Source: Candidatus Omnitrophota bacterium (lineage in GTDB: Bacteria; Omnitrophota; Gorgyraeia; Zapsychrales; Fredricksoniimonadaceae). Taken from it: DNA of 64,000 bases. Where the stretch lies: assembly GCA_903860135.1 (NCBI GenBank), contig CAIOPG010000014.1, positions 23,180-87,179 on the forward strand. The letters are read 5' to 3'. The notes beneath the pieces were generated by a model. It did not search any database. It saw only the letters and a program-made list of their open reading frames with translations, and was not told the origin of the DNA. The position numbers and the translations under genes are program-made. Below, in pieces: positions 1-9,985 of this stretch (position 1 is its first letter; the number at the start of each line of letters is the position of its first letter).

Positions 1-98
1 TTGAAAAGTAACCTGCAGCGCACTTTTACATATGTCATCTAATATACCCGGAAACAGGACCTCTGTCCAAGGCAATCTTGCCCGGGAACAGCACCGGG

Positions 99-269
99 CT
101 AATCCGGCGAACGCAGCAGGGCCAGCAGCATAAGCCCACCGACCGCAAGGACCGGGCCCAGAAGGCCTCGCAAGATCATCACCAGAAAAAGCCAGTCCTT
201 GAGTGTCAAGCTAACGCCGGCAACAACGAGCCCGAATCCGAAAATGAAAATCGCTATTTTGCTGATCAT
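99..269 (-). CDS. Small hydrophobic (two-TM) protein, hypothetical
   Basis: Part of the 99..296 ORF. The internal Met start gives about 56 aa that are almost entirely hydrophobic (FIFGFGLVVAGVSL...AVGGLMLLALL). It directly abuts the lpxL-like stop. No recognisable family. Confidence 0.3.
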   Translation of the reverse strand: MISKIAIFIFGFGLVVAGVSLTLKDWLFLVMILRGLLGPVLAVGGLMLLALLRSPD

Positions 270-1270
270 ATTTCCCCCCGTGGTTGCTCCGGGCAAGCGG
301 TCCTTGCCGCGCGTACGACATCATGTTCATTGGGCTCCGCCTTCCAGCGCCGGTGCATCCAGGACCACTGCGCGGGATAGCGTCGCGTAAAAGATTCGAC
401 ACGTGAGGTGATCTCTTGTGTCGCCTTAAGCACCGCCTCCTGCTCGGGCAAAGAACGATCCAGGATAACTGGTTCCAAAACGATCGTCCATCGACGACCG
501 CCCAAAGCTTCTTCCGGGCGGGCAAAAGCCGTTAAGAGCGGCGCCCCGGTCTTCCAGGCATAGATCGCAGGCCCTGCGGCTGTTCCCGCCTTGTGCCCGA
601 AGAAATCAACAAAGATACGCCCTGCGCCGCCATAATTCTGATCGACCGGCATCACCAGCAGCTGATTGTCTTTCAAGGCCTGAAAACAGGCCGTCACACA
701 GCCCCGTAAAGGTGTGCTGTAAATCGGCTGAGGGGCGAACCTTTGAGAATGCGCCAGGAATTCTTCCCGCCAGGCACGGCTTCGCGGGGCGCGCATAACA
801 ACCTTCACTGTGAATTCTTCATAAAGAAAACGCACGAGCATGGCCGCAAACGGCCCAAAATGAGCAATGCCAACAATCGCCCCGCGGCCGGCCGCGTGCG
901 CCGCCTTCACATGTTCCAGCCCTTCCACCCTGAACATATTCAGGCAACGGCCCGGACGGGCGATCACATACACAAACTCAGCCAGGCCAAAGAAAAGATT
1001 GAAAAATGACGCCCGCGCGATGCCCTGCTTAGCCCGCCGAGAAAGCGTGACACCGTAAGCAATGCCCAGGCTCTCCATGGCCTGCCGGCGCAATTTGCGT
1101 GAAGAAAAATACATCCCCCACGCACACGGCCACATAAACGCAAGAAAAAATAACCGGGGAAGAAACCCAAGAAAAGAAAGCAGGCCGATCAAAAAAATAT
1201 GGACAAAAAGACGTACCCCCAACTCAAACCTCCCGGGTCTCTTGATTTTGCCGGATACAAGGCACGGCAT
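266..1270 (-). CDS. lpxL: Lipid A biosynthesis lauroyl/myristoyl acyltransferase family protein (LpxL/HtrB-like)
   Basis: 334-aa ORF with an N-terminal TM anchor followed by a lysophospholipid acyltransferase-like body (HFGPFAAM..., MPVDQNYG...). It lies next to lnt. Family assignment is by eye, not by search. Confidence 0.7.
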   Translation of the reverse strand: MPCLVSGKIKRPGRFELGVRLFVHIFLIGLLSFLGFLPRLFFLAFMWPCAWGMYFSSRKLRRQAMESLGIAYGVTLSRRAKQGIARASFFNLFFGLAEFVYVIARPGRCLNMFRVEGLEHVKAAHAAGRGAIVGIAHFGPFAAMLVRFLYEEFTVKVVMRAPRSRAWREEFLAHSQRFAPQPIYSTPLRGCVTACFQALKDNQLLVMPVDQNYGGAGRIFVDFFGHKAGTAAGPAIYAWKTGAPLLTAFARPEEALGGRRWTIVLEPVILDRSLPEQEAVLKATQEITSRVESFTRRYPAQWSWMHRRWKAEPNEHDVVRAARTACPEQPRGEI

Positions 1271-2783
1271 AACGGCATTTAAAAAACACGGACAATCCCA
1301 ACACGATCAAAAAGCACAACCCCGCAAAAACATCCCCGTGCTGTGTATAAAATGTTCTCCTGTGGCTCTCCGGCACTATATCAACAACAGCAACCCCCTC
1401 GGCCATCACGGAACGCCCCGCCGCATCGACCGCGCAACCGCTGACGACGCCCGCCGGAGAAATCGCACAGGTCATGCCTGTGTTGGTCGCCCGCACGAGC
1501 GGCACCCCGTTCTCTACAGCCCGAAAAACAGCATTATTCAGATGCATCCGCGACTGCCTTGACGCCTTGAACCAGGCATCATTGGTCAGGTTGACCAAAA
1601 ACCCCGCGCCATCTTTCACGGCCAGACGGGCCAGGTCAGGCAGTGTGTCTTCAAAACAGATCAACGGTGCAAAAAAGACAGGCTCCCCGGCCGCAGCGGG
1701 CATCAACCCCATGATACCCCGCCCTGTCCCGGGTGTAAAATCATCAATGGGCACCAGTCGTTCGAGCAAAGGGAATGCCTTGCGCAACGGGATATATTCT
1801 CCCAAAAGAACAAGATGCTGTTTGCTATAAGTCGACGACAAAACTCCGTTCTCATTGATCAGGAGCGCCGAATTGAAATATTTCCCGCCATTACGCGTCA
1901 CCGCACCAGCCAGAAGCTGCACATGATTTTCCCTGGCAAAGTCACAAACCTTTTCAAAAAGAGCGGGATACTCCCAGATAAACGCCGGGAACGCGCTCTC
2001 GGGCCAAACGATCATCTGCGGCCCCTGGCGCATCGCCTCGCGGCTCAACGCCAGATGCTTTTCAACAATAGCCACTTTCAAGAGAGGATTGGCATAATCA
2101 GCCAACGCGATATTGGGCTGGATCAACGCCACCCGAAAAGACTCGCGTCCGGCCATCTTCTTGTCGCCGCCTAAAACATATTTCCAACCCATGCCTGCAA
2201 CCACCATCAACACCAGAACGAGTGTCACCCCCGCCAAAAGCCGGGGAACTTTCTCCCGACGCCAGGTCACATGCACCCATCGGGCAATCACCACATTCAC
2301 GACCAGAACAGCCCATGAAACCCCATACACACCGGTAACATTCGCCATTTGGATCAACGGGATGTTGGCGCTTTGGGTGTGCGCTAACGCCGCCCAGCCG
2401 AATCCGGTAAACAGATGGGCACGGATATATTCAAGGGCAGTCCACAGGGCAGGTAGAAAAACCAGCCGGACACCCCACGCCCACGACGAAGACCAGGCAA
2501 CACCGGCAGAAAAGAAACCCCAGTAAAGCGCCAAATAAGCAGACAACAGCAGTAAACCGATGACCGTCACATGCCCGATCCAGAAAAGGGCGGTCACAAA
2601 GAACAAAGAACCAGCAGTATAACCGCGTAAGAAAGAGCCCTTGACCGCACCCTCCTCGGCAACGAGGATCAACGGAACAAGGGCTACGAACGCAAGGCAC
2701 GCAAACTGCCCCGCAGGAAAACTGCACGCGCAGAGAGCCGCCGCCGCAACGCCCCCTGACAGCCGCTTTATTTCCCGCAACAT
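1224..2783 (-). CDS. lnt: Apolipoprotein N-acyltransferase
   Basis: Multi-TM N-terminal half plus a C-terminal carbon-nitrogen hydrolase domain (LIQPNIALADY..., VWPESAFPAF...). Length of about 520 aa is typical for Lnt. Confidence 0.85.
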   Translation of the reverse strand: MLREIKRLSGGVAAAALCACSFPAGQFACLAFVALVPLILVAEEGAVKGSFLRGYTAGSLFFVTALFWIGHVTVIGLLLLSAYLALYWGFFSAGVAWSSSWAWGVRLVFLPALWTALEYIRAHLFTGFGWAALAHTQSANIPLIQMANVTGVYGVSWAVLVVNVVIARWVHVTWRREKVPRLLAGVTLVLVLMVVAGMGWKYVLGGDKKMAGRESFRVALIQPNIALADYANPLLKVAIVEKHLALSREAMRQGPQMIVWPESAFPAFIWEYPALFEKVCDFARENHVQLLAGAVTRNGGKYFNSALLINENGVLSSTYSKQHLVLLGEYIPLRKAFPLLERLVPIDDFTPGTGRGIMGLMPAAAGEPVFFAPLICFEDTLPDLARLAVKDGAGFLVNLTNDAWFKASRQSRMHLNNAVFRAVENGVPLVRATNTGMTCAISPAGVVSGCAVDAAGRSVMAEGVAVVDIVPESHRRTFYTQHGDVFAGLCFLIVLGLSVFFKCRYAVPCIRQNQETREV

Positions 2784-5758
2784 TTCTTGTACTTTTTCCC
2801 GCTGCCACAAGGGCAATCATCATTGCGCCCGGTCTTGCGCTGACCCGCCGACGGCAAATGCGCCTCGGGCAGGCGGTATTCAGGCCGAGGTCTGGCTTCA
2901 GGAGCTTGATCGCCCGAGGAAGCCGCCTGCAATGTTCCGGTCATACCGGAAAAGTCATGGTGTACCAGCTCCTGCTGGGCGCCGAAAACACTGCGCACAT
3001 GCGGCTCGTGCTCAATGGGGCGAAGCTTGAAAATAAGTTCGGCAACATCCACATGGATGCTGTCAAACATAGCCCGGAACATATGGTACCCCTCCCGCTT
3101 GAACTCAACCAGCGGATCTCTTTGGCCCAGGGCGCGCAGACCCACGCCTTCTTTCAAATGATCCATGGCATAAAGATGTTCTTTCCACTTGGAATCAATG
3201 GTATGCAGAAGGAACATTCGCTCCAAATGCCTGATCTGGCTTATCCCCATATCCTGTTCTTTGGCCGCATACAAACGGGCTAGCTCAATGCCAACCATTT
3301 CAATGACCTCACCCACAGGGGCTGTTTCGAGCAGGGCACGATGCCTTTCAATGTCCAGCCCGAAGCGGCTATAAAGATACTGGATCAACCCCTCACCATC
3401 ACGCGCCTTGTTACCCTCTGTTATCAAATGACGACGGATCACTTCCTCAGCCGTTGACTGGAGGGCTTCCATGATCAGCTCCCGCGTGTCATCACCGTCA
3501 ATGATCGAACGGCGCATATTATAGATGACTTCGCGCTGGCGGTTCATGGTCGTATCATATTCCAGGAGCTGTTTGCGGATCTCAAAATTGTAATTCTCGA
3601 CGCGTTTCTGCGCCACTTCAAGCGCACGGCTCACCAGCGGCGACTCGATCATCTCGCCCTCGGCAAATCCAAAACGATCCATCATCATGCGGATACGGTC
3701 CCCCGCAAAGAGGCGCATGAGATCATCCTCGAGAGAAACATAGAAACGCGACGAACCCGGATCACCCTGACGGCCCGAACGGCCGCGCAGCTGATTGTCG
3801 ATACGGCGTGATTCATGACGCTCGGTACCAATGATGTGCAAGCCGCCCGCCGCTACAACCTTGTCATGCTCCTGCTTGACCTGGTCGCGGAACTGCCGGA
3901 TGAACTGATCCACCAGCTGTTCTTGCGGCAGGATCTCGGTGCGGTCTTTGGCTGCCGCCACGGTCTTTTCAGCCGCCAGCGCCCTGGCCATGAATTCCGC
4001 ATTGCCGCCGAGCATGATATCCGTCCCGCGGCCGGCCATATTGGTGGCGATCGTGACCGCCTGGTAACGCCCGGCCTGGGCCACGATCGACGCTTCAAGG
4101 CCGTGAAACTTGGCGTTCAAAACCTGATGCTTGACCCCTCGTGCTTTCAGAAGCCTGGCCAGGAATTCGGAACGTTCGATGGAAACGGTACCCACCAGGA
4201 CCGGTTGCCCTTTGGCATAACAGCCCTCGATCTCCTTGACCACGGCCTCATACTTTTCCTTGACGGTGCGAAAAATACAATCCGGATGATTGATACGGCT
4301 CAACGGTTTATTCGTCGGCAGAACAATGACTTCGAGGTTATAGATCTGTTTGAACTCGTTGGCTTCGGTGTAAGCTGTACCGGTCATGCCCGAAAGCTTC
4401 TTGTACATGCGGAAATAATTCTGGAACGTGATCGTGGCCAGCGTCTGGTTCTCGCGCTCGATCTTGATGCCCTCCCTGGCTTCGACCGCCTGGTGAAGCC
4501 CGTCCGACCAGCGCCGGCCCGGCATCATACGCCCGGTAAATTCATCCACAATGATAACCTTGCCGTCCTTGACCACATAATCCGTATCCAGATGGAAGAA
4601 TTCCTTGGCGCGCAGGGACTGCAGGATGTGATGGCGGTATTCCACGGTCTCCATATCATGAAGATTGGCGACCCCAAACATCTGCGCCCCTTTTTCCTCG
4701 CCAGCCTCGGTCAGGGAAATCGATTTCGCCTTCTCATCAGCGACATAATCATACCCCTTGCCCAAGTCCTCGCCGCGGTGCTTGGCATCGATCTCTTCCG
4801 CCTCGGTCACGCGCCGGCCTTTAAGTTCCAGCGAAATATTGTGCGCCCTGTAATACTTGTCGGTGGATTCCTCAGCTGGGCCTGAAATGATCAGCGGCGT
4901 CCGCGCCTCGTCCACAAGGATGCTGTCCACTTCGTCCACGACCGCAAAACAATGGCCGCGCTGAACCATCTCCTCCTTGAACATGACCATATTGTCACGC
5001 AGATAATCAAACCCGAATTCGTTGTTGGTCCCGTACGTGATGTCGTGCCCGTAAGCTTCCTTGCGCTGGGCAGGCTCCATGTCGTGCTGGATACACCCGA
5101 CGCTCAGGCCAAGGAATTCATACAGCGGTCCCATCCAGTCCCTGTCGCGTCTGGCCAGGTAATCGTTGACCGTCACCACATGCACACCATCGCCGGGCAG
5201 AGCGTTCAGATACGCCGGAAGGGTGGCCACCAGCGTCTTACCTTCGCCGGTGGTCATTTCCGCGATGTTGCCGTAATGGAGCGTCATGCCACCGATCATC
5301 TGCACATCGTAATGGCGCATACCCAATAGCCGCCGGCTCGCCTCACGCACCAGGGCAAACGCCTCGGGAAGAATATCGTTCAGGGCAAACTGCGTCGCTT
5401 TAAAAAGATCTTTCTCTGCCTGCTTGACCGCATCCCTTGTGCTTTGACGTTCATCGATATTCGCCGCATGCTGATGGGCGTCGATAGCCCTGGTCAGCGC
5501 GGCCTTCTCAACGGCGATCATGCCATAAAGGCGCGAGCGGAACTGAGGTGTGGCCCGTTGCAATTCCACATTCGAAAGCTTTTCCATCGTCGCTTCAAGC
5601 GCATTGATCCGGGCTACCGTCGGAGCCAGTCGCCTGACTTCGTGCACCGAAGGCAGCGGCGAATCCTCATGGATGTGCGCATTGACGGCAGGCTTCAGCC
5701 GGAGGATCGCGGCCCTGGCACTGCTGATAACAGGTTTACGGATGATCATATCGAGCAT
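2768..5758 (-). CDS. secA: Preprotein translocase ATPase SecA
   Basis: 996 aa with DEAD-like motor motifs (GEGKTLVATLPAYLNAL, TNNEFGFDYLRDNM). The C-terminal zinc-finger tail CPCGSGKKYKKCCG is diagnostic of SecA. Confidence 0.95.
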   Translation of the reverse strand: MLDMIIRKPVISSARAAILRLKPAVNAHIHEDSPLPSVHEVRRLAPTVARINALEATMEKLSNVELQRATPQFRSRLYGMIAVEKAALTRAIDAHQHAANIDERQSTRDAVKQAEKDLFKATQFALNDILPEAFALVREASRRLLGMRHYDVQMIGGMTLHYGNIAEMTTGEGKTLVATLPAYLNALPGDGVHVVTVNDYLARRDRDWMGPLYEFLGLSVGCIQHDMEPAQRKEAYGHDITYGTNNEFGFDYLRDNMVMFKEEMVQRGHCFAVVDEVDSILVDEARTPLIISGPAEESTDKYYRAHNISLELKGRRVTEAEEIDAKHRGEDLGKGYDYVADEKAKSISLTEAGEEKGAQMFGVANLHDMETVEYRHHILQSLRAKEFFHLDTDYVVKDGKVIIVDEFTGRMMPGRRWSDGLHQAVEAREGIKIERENQTLATITFQNYFRMYKKLSGMTGTAYTEANEFKQIYNLEVIVLPTNKPLSRINHPDCIFRTVKEKYEAVVKEIEGCYAKGQPVLVGTVSIERSEFLARLLKARGVKHQVLNAKFHGLEASIVAQAGRYQAVTIATNMAGRGTDIMLGGNAEFMARALAAEKTVAAAKDRTEILPQEQLVDQFIRQFRDQVKQEHDKVVAAGGLHIIGTERHESRRIDNQLRGRSGRQGDPGSSRFYVSLEDDLMRLFAGDRIRMMMDRFGFAEGEMIESPLVSRALEVAQKRVENYNFEIRKQLLEYDTTMNRQREVIYNMRRSIIDGDDTRELIMEALQSTAEEVIRRHLITEGNKARDGEGLIQYLYSRFGLDIERHRALLETAPVGEVIEMVGIELARLYAAKEQDMGISQIRHLERMFLLHTIDSKWKEHLYAMDHLKEGVGLRALGQRDPLVEFKREGYHMFRAMFDSIHVDVAELIFKLRPIEHEPHVRSVFGAQQELVHHDFSGMTGTLQAASSGDQAPEARPRPEYRLPEAHLPSAGQRKTGRNDDCPCGSGKKYKKCCGK

Positions 5759-5777
5759 AAGGGTATCCTTTTTTCGG

Positions 5778-6876
5778 TTATTTCCCGTCAGGCCTCATTT
5801 TCAGGAAAGCCTCGATGAACATATCAATATCGCCGTCCATCACCTTCTGGACATTGCTGGTCTCGGCGTCGGTGCGATGGTCCTTGACCATCTGGTAAGG
5901 TTGCATGACATAAGAACGGATCTGACTGCCCCATTCGATCTTCTGCTTCTGGCCCGACTCGGCGGCAAGCTTGTCGTCCATCGCCTGCTGTTTGAGCTCA
6001 AAAAGCTTGGCTTTCAACACCCGCATGCAGCGCGCCTTGTTCTGCAGTTGGGAACGTTCCACCTGGCTCTGCGTGACAAACCCCGTCGGCATATGGGTAA
6101 TACGCACGGCTGAATCTGCCGTATTGACGCTCTGGCCGCCGGGACCGGAAGAACGGAACACATCGACCTTGAGGTCATCGGGATTGATCTCGACCTCAAC
6201 ATCATCTTCGATCTCGGGGATCACATCAAACGAGGCAAACGACGTGTGCCGGCGCTTGTTGGAATCAAACGGAGAAATGCGCACCAGCCGGTGCACCCCT
6301 TTTTCCGTTTTCAAATAACCATAGGCTTTCGCGCCTTCGACACGGAAAGAGACATTCTTGATCCCCGCCTCTTCGCCGTGAAGGATATCAAAGACCTCGA
6401 CCTTATACCCTTTGTCCTCAGCCCAGCGCGTGTAGAGGCGGAACAGCATGCCTGTCCAATCGCACGATTCGGTGCCGCCAGCGCCGGAATTCAGGCTGAC
6501 AATGGCATTGCACTGATCGTAAGGCCCGGACAACAAGGTTTGAATTTCTAGTTTGGCCACCACCGGCACAAGGGCCGCGATATCCGCCTCGATCTGGCGC
6601 TCCATGGCCTCATCGCCCTCGGAGAGCTCCAATAACTCGCGCGCATCAGCGATCAGACGCTCGGCAGACATCAAAGGGTCAACCGACGCCTTCCAGCCCT
6701 TCAGTTCCTTGATGAGACGGTTGGCCGCATCCTGGTTGCTCCAGAAATCGGAAGCTGACATGCGGTCCTCGGCTTCACGGATACGCTGTAAAAGGACAGG
6801 CAGGTCAAAGAAACCCCCTGAGGTCGGAAACTTTCTGGTCGAGCTCCTTGATCTTGCGCAACAATAATTCGTTCAT
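5778..6876 (-). CDS. prfB: Peptide chain release factor 2, expressed through a programmed +1 frameshift
   Basis: Frame 1 (from 6876) reads MNELLLRKIKELDQKVSDLRGFL-stop. The +1 frame continues DLPVLLQRIREAEDRMSASDFW... and includes SPFDSNKRRHTSFASF and the GGQ motif (GPGGQSVNT). Confidence 0.9.
6799..6822 (-). promoter_or_regulatory. prfB autoregulatory +1 frameshift site (CTT TGA C) with upstream SD-like AGGGGG
   Basis: The minus strand reads ...CTC AGG GGG TTT CTT TGA CCT GCC... This is the canonical RF2 shift site. The in-frame UGA sits at 6805-6807. Confidence 0.85.
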
Positions 6877-6915
6877 GTTTTCTCCAGAAGACACGGAACG
6901 GTCACAGACCGTTCC

Positions 6916-7992
6916 CTACACATTAAACCTGAAATAAACGACGTCGCCTTCTTGCATCAAATAATCTTTACCCTCCAGCGTCACCTTGCGGGCTTCCTGA
7001 ACGGCCTTGTACGATCCGAGTTCAACGATGTCCTTATAACGGTAGATCTCCGCCCGGATAAAACCACGTTCAATATCCGAATGGATCTTGCCTGCGGCCT
7101 TGACCGCCCGTGTTCCCTGCGGCACGAGCCACGCCCGTGTTTCCTGATGCCCGGCGGTAAAGAAACAGGCCAGCCCCAACAGGTCACGCCCGGCCTGCGC
7201 CAGCCGCGCCAAGCCTGGGGTTCCGATGCCTGCCGCATCATAATATTCCTTACGCTCTTCGGGCGACAGCTGAACCACTTCCGCTTCAAATTTGGTGCAC
7301 AACGGCACGATCGCCGCGCCTTCTTTAGCCGCCCGCGCCCGCAACGGCGCCATCAGGGCCTCATCGGGATCACCCTCGGCCGTATTGGCCACATACATCA
7401 CAGGCTTTCCCGTAATAAACTGGAATTCCCGCGCCAGTTCCTTGTCGACATGCTGCATGCGCACCGGGATACCCTGGTCAAGCCCTTTTAATACCGCCTC
7501 GAGTACCTCGCATTTTTCCTTGGCTTCCTTATCCCCGCATTTGGCCGGACGCAGCCATTTATCATAGGCCTTCTGCGCTTGCTGAAGATCTGACAGGATA
7601 AGTTCCGTTTCAATGATGTCCGCCGCTTCGAGCGGATCGAGCGTGTTCATCACGTTAACCACATTGTCATCCCTGAAACAGCGCACCACATGCGCGATGG
7701 CATCGACCGAACGGATATTCCCCAGGAACTGGTTGCCCAGCCCCTCGCCCTTGCTGGCCCCCTTAACAAGCCCCGCGATATCCACAAACCGGATCGCCGC
7801 CGGCGTGATCTTGGTCGACCCGCCAAACTCATCGGACAGGCGCGTCAAACGCTCATCGGGAATCGGCACAACGCCGACATTGGGCTCAATGGTCGTAAAC
7901 GGAAAATTCGACGCCGCCGCCGCCGCGCCGGTCAAGGCATTAAACAACGTGGACTTACCCACATTAGGCAGTCCCACAATCCCGATCTCCAT
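6916..7992 (-). CDS. ychF: Ribosome-binding ATPase YchF (Obg-family GTPase with TGS domain)
   Basis: N-terminus MEIGIVGLPNVGKSTLFNALT. The C-terminal TGS-like end reads ...GDVVYFRFNV. Length is 358 aa. Confidence 0.95.
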   Translation of the reverse strand: MEIGIVGLPNVGKSTLFNALTGAAAAASNFPFTTIEPNVGVVPIPDERLTRLSDEFGGSTKITPAAIRFVDIAGLVKGASKGEGLGNQFLGNIRSVDAIAHVVRCFRDDNVVNVMNTLDPLEAADIIETELILSDLQQAQKAYDKWLRPAKCGDKEAKEKCEVLEAVLKGLDQGIPVRMQHVDKELAREFQFITGKPVMYVANTAEGDPDEALMAPLRARAAKEGAAIVPLCTKFEAEVVQLSPEERKEYYDAAGIGTPGLARLAQAGRDLLGLACFFTAGHQETRAWLVPQGTRAVKAAGKIHSDIERGFIRAEIYRYKDIVELGSYKAVQEARKVTLEGKDYLMQEGDVVYFRFNV

Positions 7993-8167
7993 GAAGCTCC
8001 TTTAGTATAATAGATAGAAAATTTGGTATATATTACTTGTTCGAAGGGAATCTGTCGATGTTTTTTATAAAGGTCGCTCATTGGATTAAACAGCCAATAA
8101 AAATACCCACCCTCTACAGCCACCCGTGTAACCACAACATCTTTAACAACAAGCACTTCCACCCCAA

Positions 8168-8374
8168 TCAAAACCCCTTCGCGCGCAGGGCGTCGGCGAT
8201 GGCTTTTCGCTCAGGTGTCATGAGCTTGGCATTAAAGGCCATCCGGCGCGTCATGCTTTTTAATTTCTCGATCGCCGGCACTGCCATATATTTCTTCAAC
8301 CGCTCTTCATCAATCCCGCTTTTTTGACGCATATCGCCGGATCCTTCCAATGGCTTCAAGGGCTTCAATGTCAA
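8168..8374 (-). CDS. Short ORF downstream of and out of frame with the nucleotidyltransferase gene; either an independent small protein or the frameshifted tail of that gene
   Basis: 68-aa ORF that overlaps the 3' end of the NTase gene by 65 nt in another frame. No recognisable domain. Confidence 0.25.
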   Translation of the reverse strand: MTLKPLKPLEGSGDMRQKSGIDEERLKKYMAVPAIEKLKSMTRRMAFNAKLMTPERKAIADALRAKGF

Positions 8375-8825
8375 TCATATCTGTTTTACGGCCGGCTTTC
8401 TTTTTCATCCGAATTAAATCCGGGATCGATATCAAAGATATAACCATATCTCCCGTCTTAACATCCTCACGCCGCCGATAAGCTTGGCTAAAGTTTATAT
8501 CATCAACGATCAGAATATCAACATGCTCAAACTCAAGTTCAGGATTATAAACGCTAAAAACCAGCATATTCTTTTCTTCAATCCAAACACGCCTTTTTTC
8601 AGGATCCGCGAAATCATCCAACGAAACAGGCAACCTTGGTTTAAACCCAATGACCTTGATCGCCTGAACAAGCCTCTTCACATCCGCCGTTTTCAAAGAA
8701 ACCAGAATATCCAAATCCCCTGTGGCACGATCATAACCATGCAAATTCACAGCCATGCCCCCAACAACAAGATAAGGAACCTTGCCCCGATGCAATTCTC
8801 TTAATAGCTTCTCACAATAAAACAT
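8310..8825 (-). CDS. Nucleotidyltransferase-fold protein (minimal NTase / AbiEii-like motif G-G-x9-D-x-D)
   Basis: LVVGGMAVNLHGYDRATGDLDILV matches the Pol-beta-type NTase signature GS/GG...D.D. The segment is low GC compared with its flanks. Confidence 0.6.
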   Translation of the reverse strand: MFYCEKLLRELHRGKVPYLVVGGMAVNLHGYDRATGDLDILVSLKTADVKRLVQAIKVIGFKPRLPVSLDDFADPEKRRVWIEEKNMLVFSVYNPELEFEHVDILIVDDINFSQAYRRREDVKTGDMVISLISIPDLIRMKKKAGRKTDMIDIEALEAIGRIRRYASKKRD

Positions 8826-9048
8826 ACTCGTACCTATCCCGTTTGTATAAAAACATGCACTGTTATTTCAACCGGCCTTTTGCACTCACAGCCTTATCGT
8901 CGATGAAAGACAAAGTTTAACATGCATTACCTCATGTTATTGAAAAATGCGGGTTAAGAATTCGAGAGAAAGGCACGTGTCAATTTCAACAAAATGATGT
9001 GGGAAAAACTTGACCATCAACGTTCCTTCGCTATTAATTCTTGCGCCA

Positions 9049-9312
9049 CTATCGCGAGAATCTTCTTCCCATAAATAGGCCAACCTTAACAACATAAACG
9101 ATCAGGACATCATTCTCGATCAAATATAAAATTTGGTAATTCCCGCACCGGATCCGATACTTCTCCTGCCCTGATAGTTTCTTGCCATCACCAGAACGCG
9201 GATCATTCGCCAATGACCTGATCTTTTCCAGGACGGACAGGATATCTTTTCGCGGCAATGACTCAATTTCCTTGACCGCCGCGCGCTTGATCTCAACCTT
9301 ATATTTTGCCAT
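9049..9312 (-). CDS. Type II toxin, RelE/ParE superfamily
   Basis: 87 aa. It overlaps its upstream partner by 14 nt. The C-terminal part (...YRIRCGNYQILYLIENDVLIVYVVKVG) is typical of the RelE/ParE fold. Confidence 0.75.
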   Translation of the reverse strand: MAKYKVEIKRAAVKEIESLPRKDILSVLEKIRSLANDPRSGDGKKLSGQEKYRIRCGNYQILYLIENDVLIVYVVKVGLFMGRRFSR

Positions 9313-9541
9313 CGGCCTTCAACTTCTTCAGCAAGGTTTCAAATGAAATTGCCGGTTCTTTCGCTCGCTCTTTAAACGCATTCAGGTCTTCCTGATCCTC
9401 GGCAAGTTCGTGAAGCAGGGCATCATGGATAATATCAGATACCGACTGCTCGGTTTCCAAGGCCTTAACTTTTAAAATATGATGTATCCCCGGATCGAGA
9501 TAAACCGTTGCCCTTTTTGTCAATGTCGACGCCATAAACAC
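9299..9541 (-). CDS. Cognate antitoxin (small DNA-binding protein, probably RHH/Phd-like)
   Basis: 80-aa acidic protein immediately upstream of, and overlapping, the RelE/ParE gene. A GGAGG Shine-Dalgarno sits 8 nt upstream. Confidence 0.6.
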   Translation of the reverse strand: MFMASTLTKRATVYLDPGIHHILKVKALETEQSVSDIIHDALLHELAEDQEDLNAFKERAKEPAISFETLLKKLKADGKI

Positions 9542-9583
9542 CTCCTGTGTGCATCACAATCCTAACACAACAACGTCATAACG

Positions 9584-9611
9584 TCAAGACGCCATGAGAT
9601 TCACTCAAATC
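9584..9611. repeat. Copy A of a ~30-bp element (TCAAGACGCCATGAGATTCACTCAAA) upstream of the RHH/RelE module
   Basis: Matches copy B at 26 of 27 positions. Confidence 0.6.
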
Positions 9612-9751
9612 CATTTTTATCCCTCAGCTTGCTGAGTCATCAGCTCCAAAAAATATTTTGCCTTATCGTCGCGTTATGTTAATCTACCAATGGTTTGAGC
9701 TCATGAACATTTACAATGTAATTCCAAGAATTATTCTTATCAAAAGGAAGC

Positions 9752-9985
9752 TTGATGTCACCTGCATTAAAAGACTTTGAAACACGCGCCCTTAAACTCC
9801 CGGCAAAAGACCGCGCCAAACTGGCGGTTCATTTAATAGCAAGCCTCGACAATATGGCTCCGGCTGAAAATGAACATCTCTGGGCTAAAGAAGCTGACCG
9901 CAGATACAAAGCCTATAAAGCCGGACAGATGAGCGCACGCGCCGCTGACGACGTACTTGCCGATATCCGCAAAACATTTAAATGA
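9752..9985 (+). CDS. Putative addiction-module antitoxin (TIGR02574-like small helical protein)
   Basis: 77 aa ending ...ADDVLADIRKTFK. It overlaps the downstream ParE-like gene by 4 nt (ATGA). Confidence 0.65.
   Translation: MMSPALKDFETRALKLPAKDRAKLAVHLIASLDNMAPAENEHLWAKEADRRYKAYKAGQMSARAADDVLADIRKTFK

Noticed and set aside
78-380. 100-aa plus-strand ORF at the window start
   Set aside because: It overlaps the lpxL-like 3' end and a more plausible small membrane ORF on the minus strand. Composition is low-complexity (Q/H/K runs).
3815-4885. 356-aa plus-strand ORF
   Set aside because: It lies entirely antisense within secA, is rich in Arg/Leu/Gly and has no domain. It is a typical shadow ORF of high-GC DNA.
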